Shown here piece by piece: positions 50,070 to 61,060 of a stretch of DNA of 64,000 nucleotides (its first letter is position 1; each line of letters starts with the position of its first letter). The stretch comes from Chlorokybus atmophyticus (lineage: Eukaryota; Plantae; Mesostigma and Chlorokybus algae): the NCBI GenBank assembly GCA_009103225.1, contig RHPI01000008.1:300015-364014 (forward strand), in the 5' to 3' direction. The notes beneath the pieces are model-generated. The model saw nothing but the letters and a program-made list of their open reading frames with translations. It had not been told where the DNA came from and did not search any database. The position numbers were made by a program, and so were the translations under genes.

Positions 50070-51540
50070 GATACATATAACACCAACACAGCTGCCGCCG
50101 CCGCAGCAACACCGACCCGCCCATAACCCACACACAATAACCACGCGATATCCATGCAGCGTTTCACTACAAGCCGATATACGTCCGACGCCACACCCAC
50201 TTGCAACCGCGCTAAACCACTATTAAACCACTACACTACAATAACACTACAATAACCACTGAACAAAACGGTGTGCATGAGTTTCAGCCCACTTCCCCGT
50301 TTACGCACCGTCACCCTCAACTGATCCACGTTCGTCAAAGCCCGATCGACAACAGAAAGCCGACTGAACCAAAAGCATGCCGACACTGATCAATCAGCGC
50401 AGACCACGCGTCGCGCACCGTTCAATCAAGCGCCGAATAAAACCACCTCAATTGTGTCTATCTACGTAACACTGCATGTAACAAAGTTGGTATTACACTT
50501 GTTTTTAAGCTACGTTTCTAGCCCTTTTACCCCAAAACAGCCCTGTTTAACAGGCCTGACGCGTTATGCTTAAATATAATAAAGTCCCGAGTCGCCGGGT
50601 TACTCCTACATCGAGGGCGCGCGTTAAAAAGGTCACGCGAGCGTTATGCGCTGACATTTGACCACCGTTGACAGTTTCTATGCGCCGACGCAGTTTTAAA
50701 CAGCTAATACACATGTTTTAGGCATGTGTTGGCGGTGTAGTCAACATAGTTGACTGCTACAATGATAGTGTAGCCTCTTAGGTTTATAAGTAGCTAATAT
50801 ACTGCTATTAAAAAGGTTGGACCAAGAAGAAATTAAGTTATTGCTCTTGTTGTGGACGGTGTGTGCGTGCTTGTGTAGTTTGCATCCACGGTGCGTGTGT
50901 GCGCGTGGGTGTGCTTTTGCTACAGCTCTTGCACGGACCGGACCGCCCCACAGGCTTTGAGGCGCCTACATTGCCCTGAAGGTGTTCAACCCCACGGTGC
51001 GAATACTGTTGTTGATTGATTGCGAGTAGGTGCACGTGGAAGCGCCATTAGTGTGCTCAGTTGCATCCTAGCTCGTTCATCAGGCTGGTAGCTCTGGTGA
51101 GGTGTTTAATCAGCACGAGCATCGTTACACTGCAACTCCCAACGTATCCCATCGCAGTAACACAACGTCATGCAGCTCCAACAGCGCTGATCCGACCGAT
51201 TTAAGGTCTGCCCCAACAATGGTCTCTGGCATCGAGACTGTACAGTGTTTGCGGCCAGCCTATCCGCGGGACTTTCTGCTGCAAACGGCCGCTGTAGGTT
51301 GGGTTTGTCAAACCGCTTTCCCCAATCAGTCCACCATCGACGGGCGTGGCCGGGCGTTCGCGCTTTGCTATGGTCATCGCACATCACACATTTGCGGGTA
51401 TCGTCTACCATCGATCTAAACACATCATTGGTTACCAACAATCTTGTGCTTAAAGCCAGGTGTGACACCTTCGATCTAAGCACATTGTGACTACTGCAAG
51501 TTAACCTCCTTTAAGCAAATCTGGTGCTTGGGTCGAGGGA

Positions 51541-51735
51541 ATGAGTTATACATATACATACATGTATATAGAATGTACGTACAAGTATATACATACATAA
51601 TTATGCATAAACGTATGTGTATATACGTATACATTTGTAACAAATTCTTTAAAAAAGTAAATAAATAGGTATGTATATATGTTTGTATACATATAGGTGT
51701 ACATTTATCTGCTTACGCAAGTATACGCACAATTA
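51541..51735. repeat. TA-rich microsatellite left of the TIR element
   Basis: Degenerate TATA/TACA/TATG runs; a similar tract with (CA)n resumes at 53617-53815. Confidence 0.85.
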
Positions 51736-53616
51736 CCTTATTTACCCGTTCAAAGTGCCGCCCCTATTACAATTACCCCCTAAATTTCAAGGGGGGCACA
51801 CTGTTGGGCTGTAGTATGCCCTTTCCTGTATACAATGCCCCCCTACTGTAGGATGACATAAAGCACAGTAAGTTACATCCAAGTTATGGTTGAGTTACGT
51901 ATTTTGTCGCATTAAATCGCATTAAATTTTGCTTAATACGGCTAAATACGGTTAATTACGGAAAAGTTCGTCGCAAAATGTTTCCCCTGCCGGCCGACTG
52001 AATATTGGCAACGGCCGTGCACCTGAGGATACTTATTTAGACTGTCGACCTTCAGTCTACCGGCGATCTCGATCACAGGGACCTGAGCATAACGGCCGTC
52101 ACCATTCGGTGGCGGCCGTCTACATAAAGGGCTTGACCCTAATTACTAGGTACCTGTTAGGTACTCAACAGTTAAGCAAAAGGGACTTGACCTAACTAAC
52201 TGATAACTGACCGGTATCTATCAGTTAGGTACCGGCGACTGTATGCTAACTGAGCGAAATTGTCAGGTACCTTAATGTACCTACCGTTAATGATGTGTAC
52301 CTTCAGGTACCTGCTGGTACCGCTTAGTCATGATTATGTGTAACAAGTGATTGTCGTCATCAGCTGTGCCAGAATGCGTGACAAATAATGAACAACAAAA
52401 AAATAAGAATTACAATGTAATATACTGAGCTACGACTACTACTGCTAGTACAACTAGACTACCACTACTGCTACCACTACCACTACTGCTACTACCACCT
52501 TAAGTATTACTGCTAGTACTACCCTTGTTCTGAGCTGCGGCTCCTGTACCGCCCGCTCCAGCTCCGCCGCCGCCGCCGTTCGTTCTCCGCCGCCGCTGCC
52601 GCCGCCTGGCCTGGTCTGGCCTAGCCTAGCCTGGCCTGGCCGCCCTAAGGCAAGGAGGGTGGTTAGATGGCATGCGGTGTTGCGCGTAGTACAACGTCAG
52701 ACAGCAACCAAGCTCACCTACCGTTAGCCGTTGCCGCCGCCGCCACCGCCGCCGCCCACAACGCTCTGTTCAACTTGAAGCCGTTGAGCATTTGAATAAC
52801 TTGGGCAGCTCAATTTATTCGACCGCATTGTTGAAACGTAACTCGCAACGGCATTATCGTATTATTATAATGGTACGAAAGTACTATTGTCGCAATGGCA
52901 CTATCGTACCATTGGTATGGTACAATAATGCCATTGCGACAATGGCACTGTTCGTACCATTCACATAGTACGGCGGCTGCATTGTACTAGCGTCTCGACT
53001 TGCCGGCCGAGACCACCGTCCCAACTTGCCGACCTTGAGGGATCGGCGGTCACTTACTTATCATACTTGACACACAATAAGTACGTCGCCGCCGCGTTAA
53101 GTGCACAACCGGCGATCGACCGTTACTTAATAAACGCGGTAAGGTCACTTGATAGGGACTAACGGTGACTGGCTTGCCAAAGTAGGTAGGCCGTCGCATA
53201 CTTTTCGGCGGTCAGGGTACGACCGACGGTCGGCCGTCACAGTATGTGACCAAAACGTGACTTATCTGCTATACAGATAGGTCGCCATCGCGCAAATGGG
53301 ACGACCGACAATCAGCCGTCACCTTAAAGTGCGGTGTTGCCGTCACAGGCAGGCCGCCGTCGATTGTACTCATCGGTCGACCGCTTGCCGTCGGTATATG
53401 TTGCTTGATAGTAACGGCCCTTTATGGACCAATCCATTACATCGGATAGGGTCAGGCACCCGTCAGTCCCTCAGTCCCTTGTCAGTCACCGTGTGAAATT
53501 TGCGACGTTAATACAATGCCCTCTTTCGAATAGAGTGCCCCCCCGAATATAATAACCCCCATAAATTGTGGGGGGCACTTTGTTGCAAGGGGGGCACTGT
53601 GGACGGGTAAATACGA
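51736..53616. mobile_element. Non-autonomous TIR DNA transposon, Tc1/mariner superfamily (Tc2-like CCGTA ends), TA TSD
   Basis: Left TA|CCTTATTTACCCGTTCAAAGTGCCGCCCC; right end reverse complement TA|TCGTATTTACCCGTCCACAGTGCCCCCC; subterminal GTGCCCCCC/GGGGGGCAC motifs at both ends; no transposase ORF. Confidence 0.75.
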
Positions 53617-53624
53617 TATGTATA

Positions 53625-53665
<41 letters not shown>

Positions 53666-55675
53666 GCATGTACAGATGCACAAGTAATATGTGTACATGC
53701 GTATCATTGTGTTTGCACATGCATGTATATGCACGTAGCCTATACGTTGTATGTATATGATGATGCACACATATATAAATCTGTGTGTACACAATATACG
53801 TATAATTAACATCTTTACCCTCGCTATAATCACAAATGGCAGCTATGGAGAGTGCTTACATTGAGTATGATAGTGCTTTTATATGGTAGTAATTTGCCTT
53901 ATGCACGTTGGTCCCCGATAAACATGTGCTTACACGAAGGCTGTACTGTAACGCATTCAAGCAGACATAAACATTTCAGTCAACTTAGGCTAAGGGCCCC
54001 TTAGTAAGGGGGCTACTACTTATGTGTATTAAGAGGTTTGATATAGTTAAGCTAATTCATGTTCGCCGTGCGGTCAGCGGACTGGGTGATGCTGTTTAAC
54101 GTTGCTGATTACTAATGTTTACATCAATCTAATGGAGTACTAAGACGCGTTGAGCTTATTCACTTAGATTCCACGTTGGCGTCGAGATAACGTACGTCAG
54201 CTATGACTCTTCAACCCTTTACCCTTTACACCCACGCCAACGAAGAGATGACTGTCAGCTAGCGGTAGCGTGACGTCGTCGTAAGTGGCAAATGACTGAT
54301 TGGGAGGCCCCATCAGTGATAAGTCCCTCTGTATCATAGATTTATTGAATTGACAAGTGTGATATGCAACTCGTAAATTTACCTAAATTTGCAAATCCTA
54401 TTTTATACATTGTTGACATGTAGATTCTAAACATTGTCACCTTTGATAGTGTTGCAGTAGTGGCGTGTATACAGCCAGCAGGAGTACGTTGAGGTAGAGT
54501 GTGTGCTCTGAGCCGGGCCCCCTATGTTGTAAAGGTTGCAATTGCAGCATTGCTTCAATCCAAAAAACTTATCTCGTGGCCAGGTAGTAGGAGGTGGTTG
54601 CTTGTCGCATTTGCAGCTTATTTGCTAGGGTACTGTGTATATGTGTATATGCTTTCGAGTGGTTCCGCTGCAAGCGGATATGAAGGTTGGCAGCATGCAC
54701 ATAAACAGAGGATACTTATAAAATAGGGTGCAGCACAATGCAGAGGACATGCATGCATTCGTTTTTACCAAACAGAAAGAAACAATAGGTACGATGTGGT
54801 TGTCCTCGCCGTTTGCTTCTTGCTGCTGTCCACATATTGCTGCTTGAGGGTTTTGATAGTCTGATGTCTTGTCTTATCTTGCTATAGTAGGCTGTGCATA
54901 GCTGTGCCTTGGCCTCCACATGATGCCACGAATGCTTCTTGTTGTCTTGCCCTTGCACTGTCACCTACTTCTGAGTTTGTTATTACCCCGCTTTTCGGGT
55001 GTGTAAATGCTTGTGGTGTTTACCCCACTTGCACAGCACAACACCACACAAGCATATCCGCCTCCCGCCTCGCCATGCCTGCTGCTGGTTCGCTGCCCTG
55101 CCCTGCCTTGTCTGTGCCCTTGCTGCATCCTGCAGCCTAAGTCCTAACCAAAGAATTTCTGTGCTACGGGTAGTTAGTAGCAACCTGCTTCTACCTGCCT
55201 GCCTGGCTCCGCCCCTGCACTTTGCATTGCATGTAGCTAGGGCACGTAGCTTGGTCAAGCCCCTATCAAAATTCTGCCGTGCCCATGCTGTTGTTGGTCG
55301 CTGTGCTCCACGTGTTTGCATGCTTGTCTTCCATCCGCCATGCGTAGCAGCCTATATGCAACTCTTGTGTGTGTTATGTACGGACACAACCTCAATATTA
55401 AAGTCAAGAGAGCAAAAACTTGATACATAGTCATAGACTGTAGCAAAGCAATATGGCAAGCAACAAGCAAAGCCATTGTACTGTCTTAGCAGCGGCAGAG
55501 GCAGGAAGCAGAGCAAGTTAGCGTTATTACTAACACAAGCAGCAACCACAATAGCTCCTCACCTACACATAAGCCCACAGTGATACATACACAATTAGTT
55601 ACTCACAATGTTTACATAATTGAAAAGCCAACAGATGAACAAATCTTGACAACTTTGCGACCCAAAGCAGTATTG

Positions 55676-57730
55676 CTAACTAATGCTTGCGCACTTTTGC
55701 ACATGGCCGTTCAAATACAACCAAGCGCCGCCTCTATGGCAACCTGGCATCAATGCTGCTTTGGCCCACAATTCCCTCTGTGTAACAAGGACAGTACACC
55801 ATGAACATTACAATTACATCAGTTACTTACAACATGATGCTAACATGCGGCACGCACCTTGGGCACAGCGCATAGGCTAGTGGACTCAAACTTGTCCACG
55901 GCTGAGTGGTATGTTTCAATCACTTCTTCAGATGTGAGCACGCATTTGAACTTGAACATCATCGTGGGACGTGCGTGCAAACACCGCCGGCTGATGCCAA
56001 TGAAGAGGGGAGCGGACTACGTGCAAACAACAGTTAAGTTAAGTGCGCATGTCTGCATTGCGCACTTGATGAGTCCATGATGTTTTTCACACTCACCAAA
56101 TGCTTTCCATCCACGCCGGACTCCTCTTCAACCTCCCGCACAATGGAGTCATACATCTCAAACTCTGCCTTGCCAGGAGATACGTCTTCAAAACAAGAAA
56201 TGCCAGCATCCTTTGGCTTCACGGACCAAACCAACACACGTGAGCTGGATCACACACATCCCAAACCGTTGGGAATCATGCGCAACCAGTCGTTCAGATT
56301 GTACAACAACACGCACCCCACAAAGCATGCGCATGTGTGTGTAATACACAAAACATGCTCGTACCTCAGGATGGCCACCGGGGAAAACGAGCGTATGCGG
56401 GCATTCCCCAACATTGCCGCTGCGTTGGAGCACAATGACGTGCTCGTCGCTCGTTTCCACCACCGCACCGTTACCCAATGACGAGGCAGTGTGTTGCCAC
56501 CTTGCAACATCCTGATGACAAACACACTCGCGCAGCTTCAGCGCCAGATTGTGGCTCAGCTAAGCGGTGGTTGTTACAAAACAAGGCTTACCCACTCGCT
56601 TGGTGATTGTGCCATATCCGGCATTGCGGAGTCAACGGTCACTGCCGGCGCTTTTGACATATTCGCCGGCAATGCTGATGTCGTTGTTGGCGCTGCCGCA
56701 AAGCCTTGCCACCGAGGGTTCAGGTTCGTACCCACAAACTGGCTACCAGCCGGCAGATGATAAGCAAAGGAGACAAGTCAAGGAAACCTCACAAACGGAC
56801 TTGACTCTCATGAAGTGCTCACTTCAAATTGAGAGATTGACAAAGACCATGGGCAACCTGTAGTTTGTCAAGCCCAAGCGCAGTGTCACGTGGGATGGAT
56901 GGCCTGCAGTATCCGTTTTATCCACTCGTATCCCACCATACTGCGCAGACACAGGCATGAGATGTTGGATGATATACAACCATGCTCCCATTGGTGCTTA
57001 TTGATGGTACGGAGACATCATGCAGCGCATATTTATGGCACAGCAGACTTCGCGAAAGTGTGCTAGTCATGACCCATGTTACCCTGAACTTCGTGCCGTT
57101 GAAAAGCGCTGGCTGCGCTGCCAGCCGCTGCTCCCATATCTGGGAGTGGACACCGTTGAGAAGCATACAGCAAACGCACACATACAATAAAAAAGAGTAA
57201 GTTGGTTGTGATAAGATTTAGTGTTGGATTTTGCTGAGAGTACACGAAAACACGAACTGAGTGATGTGTAAGTCAACGGATTGCAACAGCAAGAAAGAAG
57301 GGGGGAAGTAAGGAACCGGCAAGAAGCAGACCAGGCAAAGAAGTTGGGTAATCAAGACGATTCAGCAGGATTCTCAGTAGCAAAAGACCTTGCACCTGTG
57401 TAATGGACTGCTCCAGTTGCGGGTCTGGATGAGGCACCCTGTCGTACTTGGTGCTCGCCTCCACAGTCAACTGCGTGTGCACGCTTGCATGTGCATGTGC
57501 GCACGCATGTTTGTGATTATCACTCTTGTTCAGTGCGCAAAGCAACACAACCACGCCCTCTCAGTATGTATTGGCAATAGAGGAATCACTAAAGAAAAAG
57601 TCAGCTCAAGCAGCTGCAGAACAACGCGAGAGACCCACCAACCTCCTACCTGATCTTGGCTTAGACCGGTTGGGCAATGCAGGAGGATCTCAAACTGGGA
57701 CAAGTGTGGAGCATCAGCATCAACATCCAT
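55676..57730 (-). CDS. NUDT9: Nudix hydrolase, plant NUDT9 / animal NUDT22 type
   Basis: FEILLHCPTGLSQDQ|LTVEASTKYDRVPHPDPQLEQSITQ|IWEQRLAAQPALFNGTKFR; FVGTNLNPRW; LGNGAVVETSDEHVIVLQRSGNVGECPHTLVFPGGHPE; YDSIVREVEEESG (Nudix box); C-terminal MPGCHRGGAWLY; stop 55676-55678. Confidence 0.9.
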
Positions 57731-57827
57731 AGCCACTTGCACCTCCACCTGCACCTTCACCGCCGCCTGCGCCTAAACTGCCACAACTGTCAGCCACCTT
57801 CACGCTTGGCTTGGTTGTTGCATAGGC

Positions 57828-59513
57828 ATGGCGTCGGCGTCGGCGGCGGTTGCGTGCGCGTGGTCGTTGGCGTCGCCGTCGTTGTCGCAAGGCAGGCTAG
57901 GCAGCGGAAGGCGGAGGCCCCTGTCGTCGTCATCATGCCAGCTGGCATCATCATCTGTCTGTCTTAGGCCATGCCAGGGGGCAGAGGTGGCAGTTTCTTC
58001 CTCTGCTGGAGTAAGCGCTAGGGTTTGGGGCAGGCGCCAGGCAATTCGCTGCTGCCTGGACGCTGTCTCCAGCCAGCAGTATGAGGCCTCTTCCCGTACG
58101 GACACTGCCGCTGCTGCTGCTGGACAGCGCCGCCGGAGGATCGTCCTTACGCCCGTTGAAGCCACGCCGGAAACGTTCGCACCTTTCGGGCAGGTTTACG
58201 ATGACACTAAAGTCACTGCTAAACACATTCTGTAGTAACGAGTAACTTGTTTCAGTTAACACTTCTCTCCAAGTTATAAGCATGTGTGCAAGTGACTGAT
58301 ATGGGCATGTTGCTTGTGATTATTACGAGCTTGACTTTGGTTTTGGAAACTGCTTCTGTTGGATCTGGACTGCTGCTGGTTGCGACGCGGCATATGCATG
58401 GTTGGTCTACTTGCGCATGAATGCATTATCGGCATGCCTCAACCAGCCTCATGAAGTCACGCATGCACAATGGCACCAATACAGCATCAACGGGCAGGTC
58501 GTGTGCATGCATGCCTGAGTCATTCACTGGTTCGTTCTCACTTGTGCGTGCACGCTCCTAATGTGTGTTTGAGCTGATCAATAGATATAAGCTTACAAGC
58601 CCTTTTAACAAACAGATGTTCACGGAAATGCCGCATGGATTGCTGCCATGGGTTTACATTCTCTGCAATTTTCACCACGTCTTAGTCGCTGCTGTCCTCA
58701 GGTCATTGGCCCGACAGACGACGGAGCGGAGTTTGGAGATGATGACGCACAGCTGCAGCTGGATCGGGGCACCCCCAGGTGGATGTAGTCAGCAGCCTTC
58801 TGCTTGCTTTGGACGCGTTTGAATGTCAGCTGTTTCCAGCAATCACACAGTGTCATGGTCTTGCGAATGAGCAGCGCTGTAGTCAGTCTCTAAAAAGCTG
58901 CTGTTGGTGTTTGTTTCTATAGGAGTTGCAAGGAATTGCTTCTTGCTACACATCGGCTTAGTGGATAGTAGTAGTTTACACATGATGGTGGGTTGTGTCG
59001 TTGAGCACATGTTGTGGCAGGTTCTACATAATGAGGTTACCGCGAAGAGGTCGAGTATTGGACCGCATAACACACCACGCCAAGGTCACGCAGTGCCTTG
59101 GGTCACTTGGCGATCAGTCATGGTATGCAAAGCTTTTGGACCAGGCTTAATGCATATCACCTGGTTCGCAACATAACCTGCCTCTGAACCTTCCCGCTAG
59201 GTATATGGCTGTGTGCCCACCGGGCACGCGCCCATCCGAGGACAACATTGTTGCATTCAGAGTACCTCCAAGGCGGTTCATTAGAATGCATGCAACCACA
59301 TGGCATGCGGGCCCGTACTTTGAGGATGAGGAGATGATGGATTTCTACAACTTGGAGCTTAGCGACACAAATGTGGGTTGTGCACATATGTAGCTTCGCA
59401 TGTTGGTGTGCAACTCGCACTAACTGTGCTGTGTGCAGGTTGTCGACCACAACAACCACTATTTTGGCAAAGAGGGTCTGGAGTTTGAGATCGCAATGAG
59501 GCCAGTCGGTTGA
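57828..59513 (+). CDS. Ureidoglycolate hydrolase/lyase-like cupin protein with probable plastid transit peptide
   Basis: Ser/Ala/Arg-rich N-terminus; LTPVEATPETFAPFGQ|VIGPTDDGAEFGDDDAQLQLDRGTP; ITHHAKVTQCLGSL; AFRVPPRRFIRMHATTWHAGPYF...DFYNLELSDTN|VVDHNNHYF; stop 59511-59513. Confidence 0.88.
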
Positions 59514-59999
59514 CAAGCAAAGCGCTGTTTTGTGTATATACCACGATCTATATCCTATACTAAGAGTAGATGGCGGATTGTACAACATGCATTCATGTGT
59601 AACGGAACAATACAGTGTAACCTAGTACCTAGGGCTACAAATGGCGAGTCTGGACTAGTCATCAGCGTCAGTGTTGTGATTCGGATACCCCGATGCTGAT
59701 GTGGGTGCATGGACAGTCTGCAGTATTTTCCTCAGTCACAGGTTTCGAGCGCAGGGTCAAGATATACCAGCACTTCAAGAAGAAAGCTACCCAAGGCTTG
59801 AAACCCTGAATGCTGCATTGGTTGTACAGCAGGATCTGCCGAGGATCTGCCTAGGATGTGTCAATTTTTTACCATAAAGATGCTTATCAATCACAGACGT
59901 ACAGTGGGTGCGGGTCATGTCCATGGCTATGCCTAAGCTCACACGTCACAGCAACAACGGCCAGCACAGGGCCACGCAACAGCGCAGCACACTAGCACG

Positions 60000-60515
60000 C
60001 TAGCACGCGCATGCAACTACACGCAGGTGCCCTGCAGCACCTGCGAGGACCGCATCCTCCGCCATCGGGGGCACCGTCTGTAGCGGCACCCATCCCGGCA
60101 CAGCCGCCACAGCAGCGGCACCACGCTCGAGCAGCGCCAGCCCCTGCGCCCGCTGCAGGGCGCAGGCCACCCTCTGACGATACATGGCCACGAACCCGCT
60201 CAGACGGCCGAGGGTGAGGCCACGCGTGTAGACCGCCTGCCGGGCGCACTTCGCAATCAGCGCGTTGAACGCCCCGCCCAACGTCCCTAGCGTCTCTGCC
60301 GCCAGCGGTATGAACTCGTCCGCGGGCGGGTGGTCGGCATCCTTGCGCCGCTTCGCCTGCTCCGCCTCCTTCGCCGCCCCTCCTGGTCGCTGGCCTGGTT
60401 CGGGACACGTCCAACAACCAACGCCGATCGCGCCCCGGCTCGGAGGCGACCAAGTCAATCCGACGGTCGTGGGTCTCGCCGGGCCGTATGGGCATAAACC
60501 CGGCCTGCTCCCTAC
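60000..60515 (-). mobile_element. 5'-truncated non-LTR retrotransposon remnant (restriction-like endonuclease C-terminus, CRE-like)
   Basis: REQAGFMPIRPGETHDRRIDLVASEPGRDRRWLLDVS, then a frameshift to GGAAKEAEQAKRRKDA...FIPLAAETLGTLG...RQRVACALQR; GC-richer than its flanks. Confidence 0.7.
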
Positions 60516-61060
60516 TGACGACGTACCCAGCATCACGCAGGATCAGGTACCTCGACGGGATGTCAATGCGCCTGTAGTACCAGCCATGTCAGAAAACTTT
60601 TGCGCAAGAACATGTGCGGTTGCGCCAACCCGTATGCATGTAGCACAAAACGCATGCATATCCGCACTTGTGCACCAATATGCACGAGCAATGCGAAAGC
60701 AGCTGTGCTGCTGCAGATCACTGCCAGCAGGTTCAGCCAACAACATGCGGCGTGGCTGTCCAAGCACGTGCATTTTGGTGCTCTTGTCGTTGGATGCTGA
60801 CCGTTCGGCAATGTAAGAACCTCAATCATAGACTGACACCGCACATTTACATCTCAACACATACGCATTGCCATATGATGTTATACATACCCTCAGTCAC
60901 CATCCAACACGCTTCTGGCACAAGCAAAGTGGAAACAAAACCATTCTCAACAATTAACTCACTATTAGGCAAACTTGAATGCACACAAAACCAGCGCTTG
61001 AATAAACAGCGGTGATTGAGTTCATACTGCCACAGCTTTGCACAAAAAAGTATATGAGCA

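Noticed and set aside
54213-54232. CCCTTTACCCTTTACACCC telomere-like run (also TTAGGGTTT at about 45263)
   Set aside because: Too few units to call an interstitial telomeric repeat.
54499-55549. ORFs between the TIR element and the Nudix stop
   Set aside because: No motifs; probably 3' UTR or intergenic.
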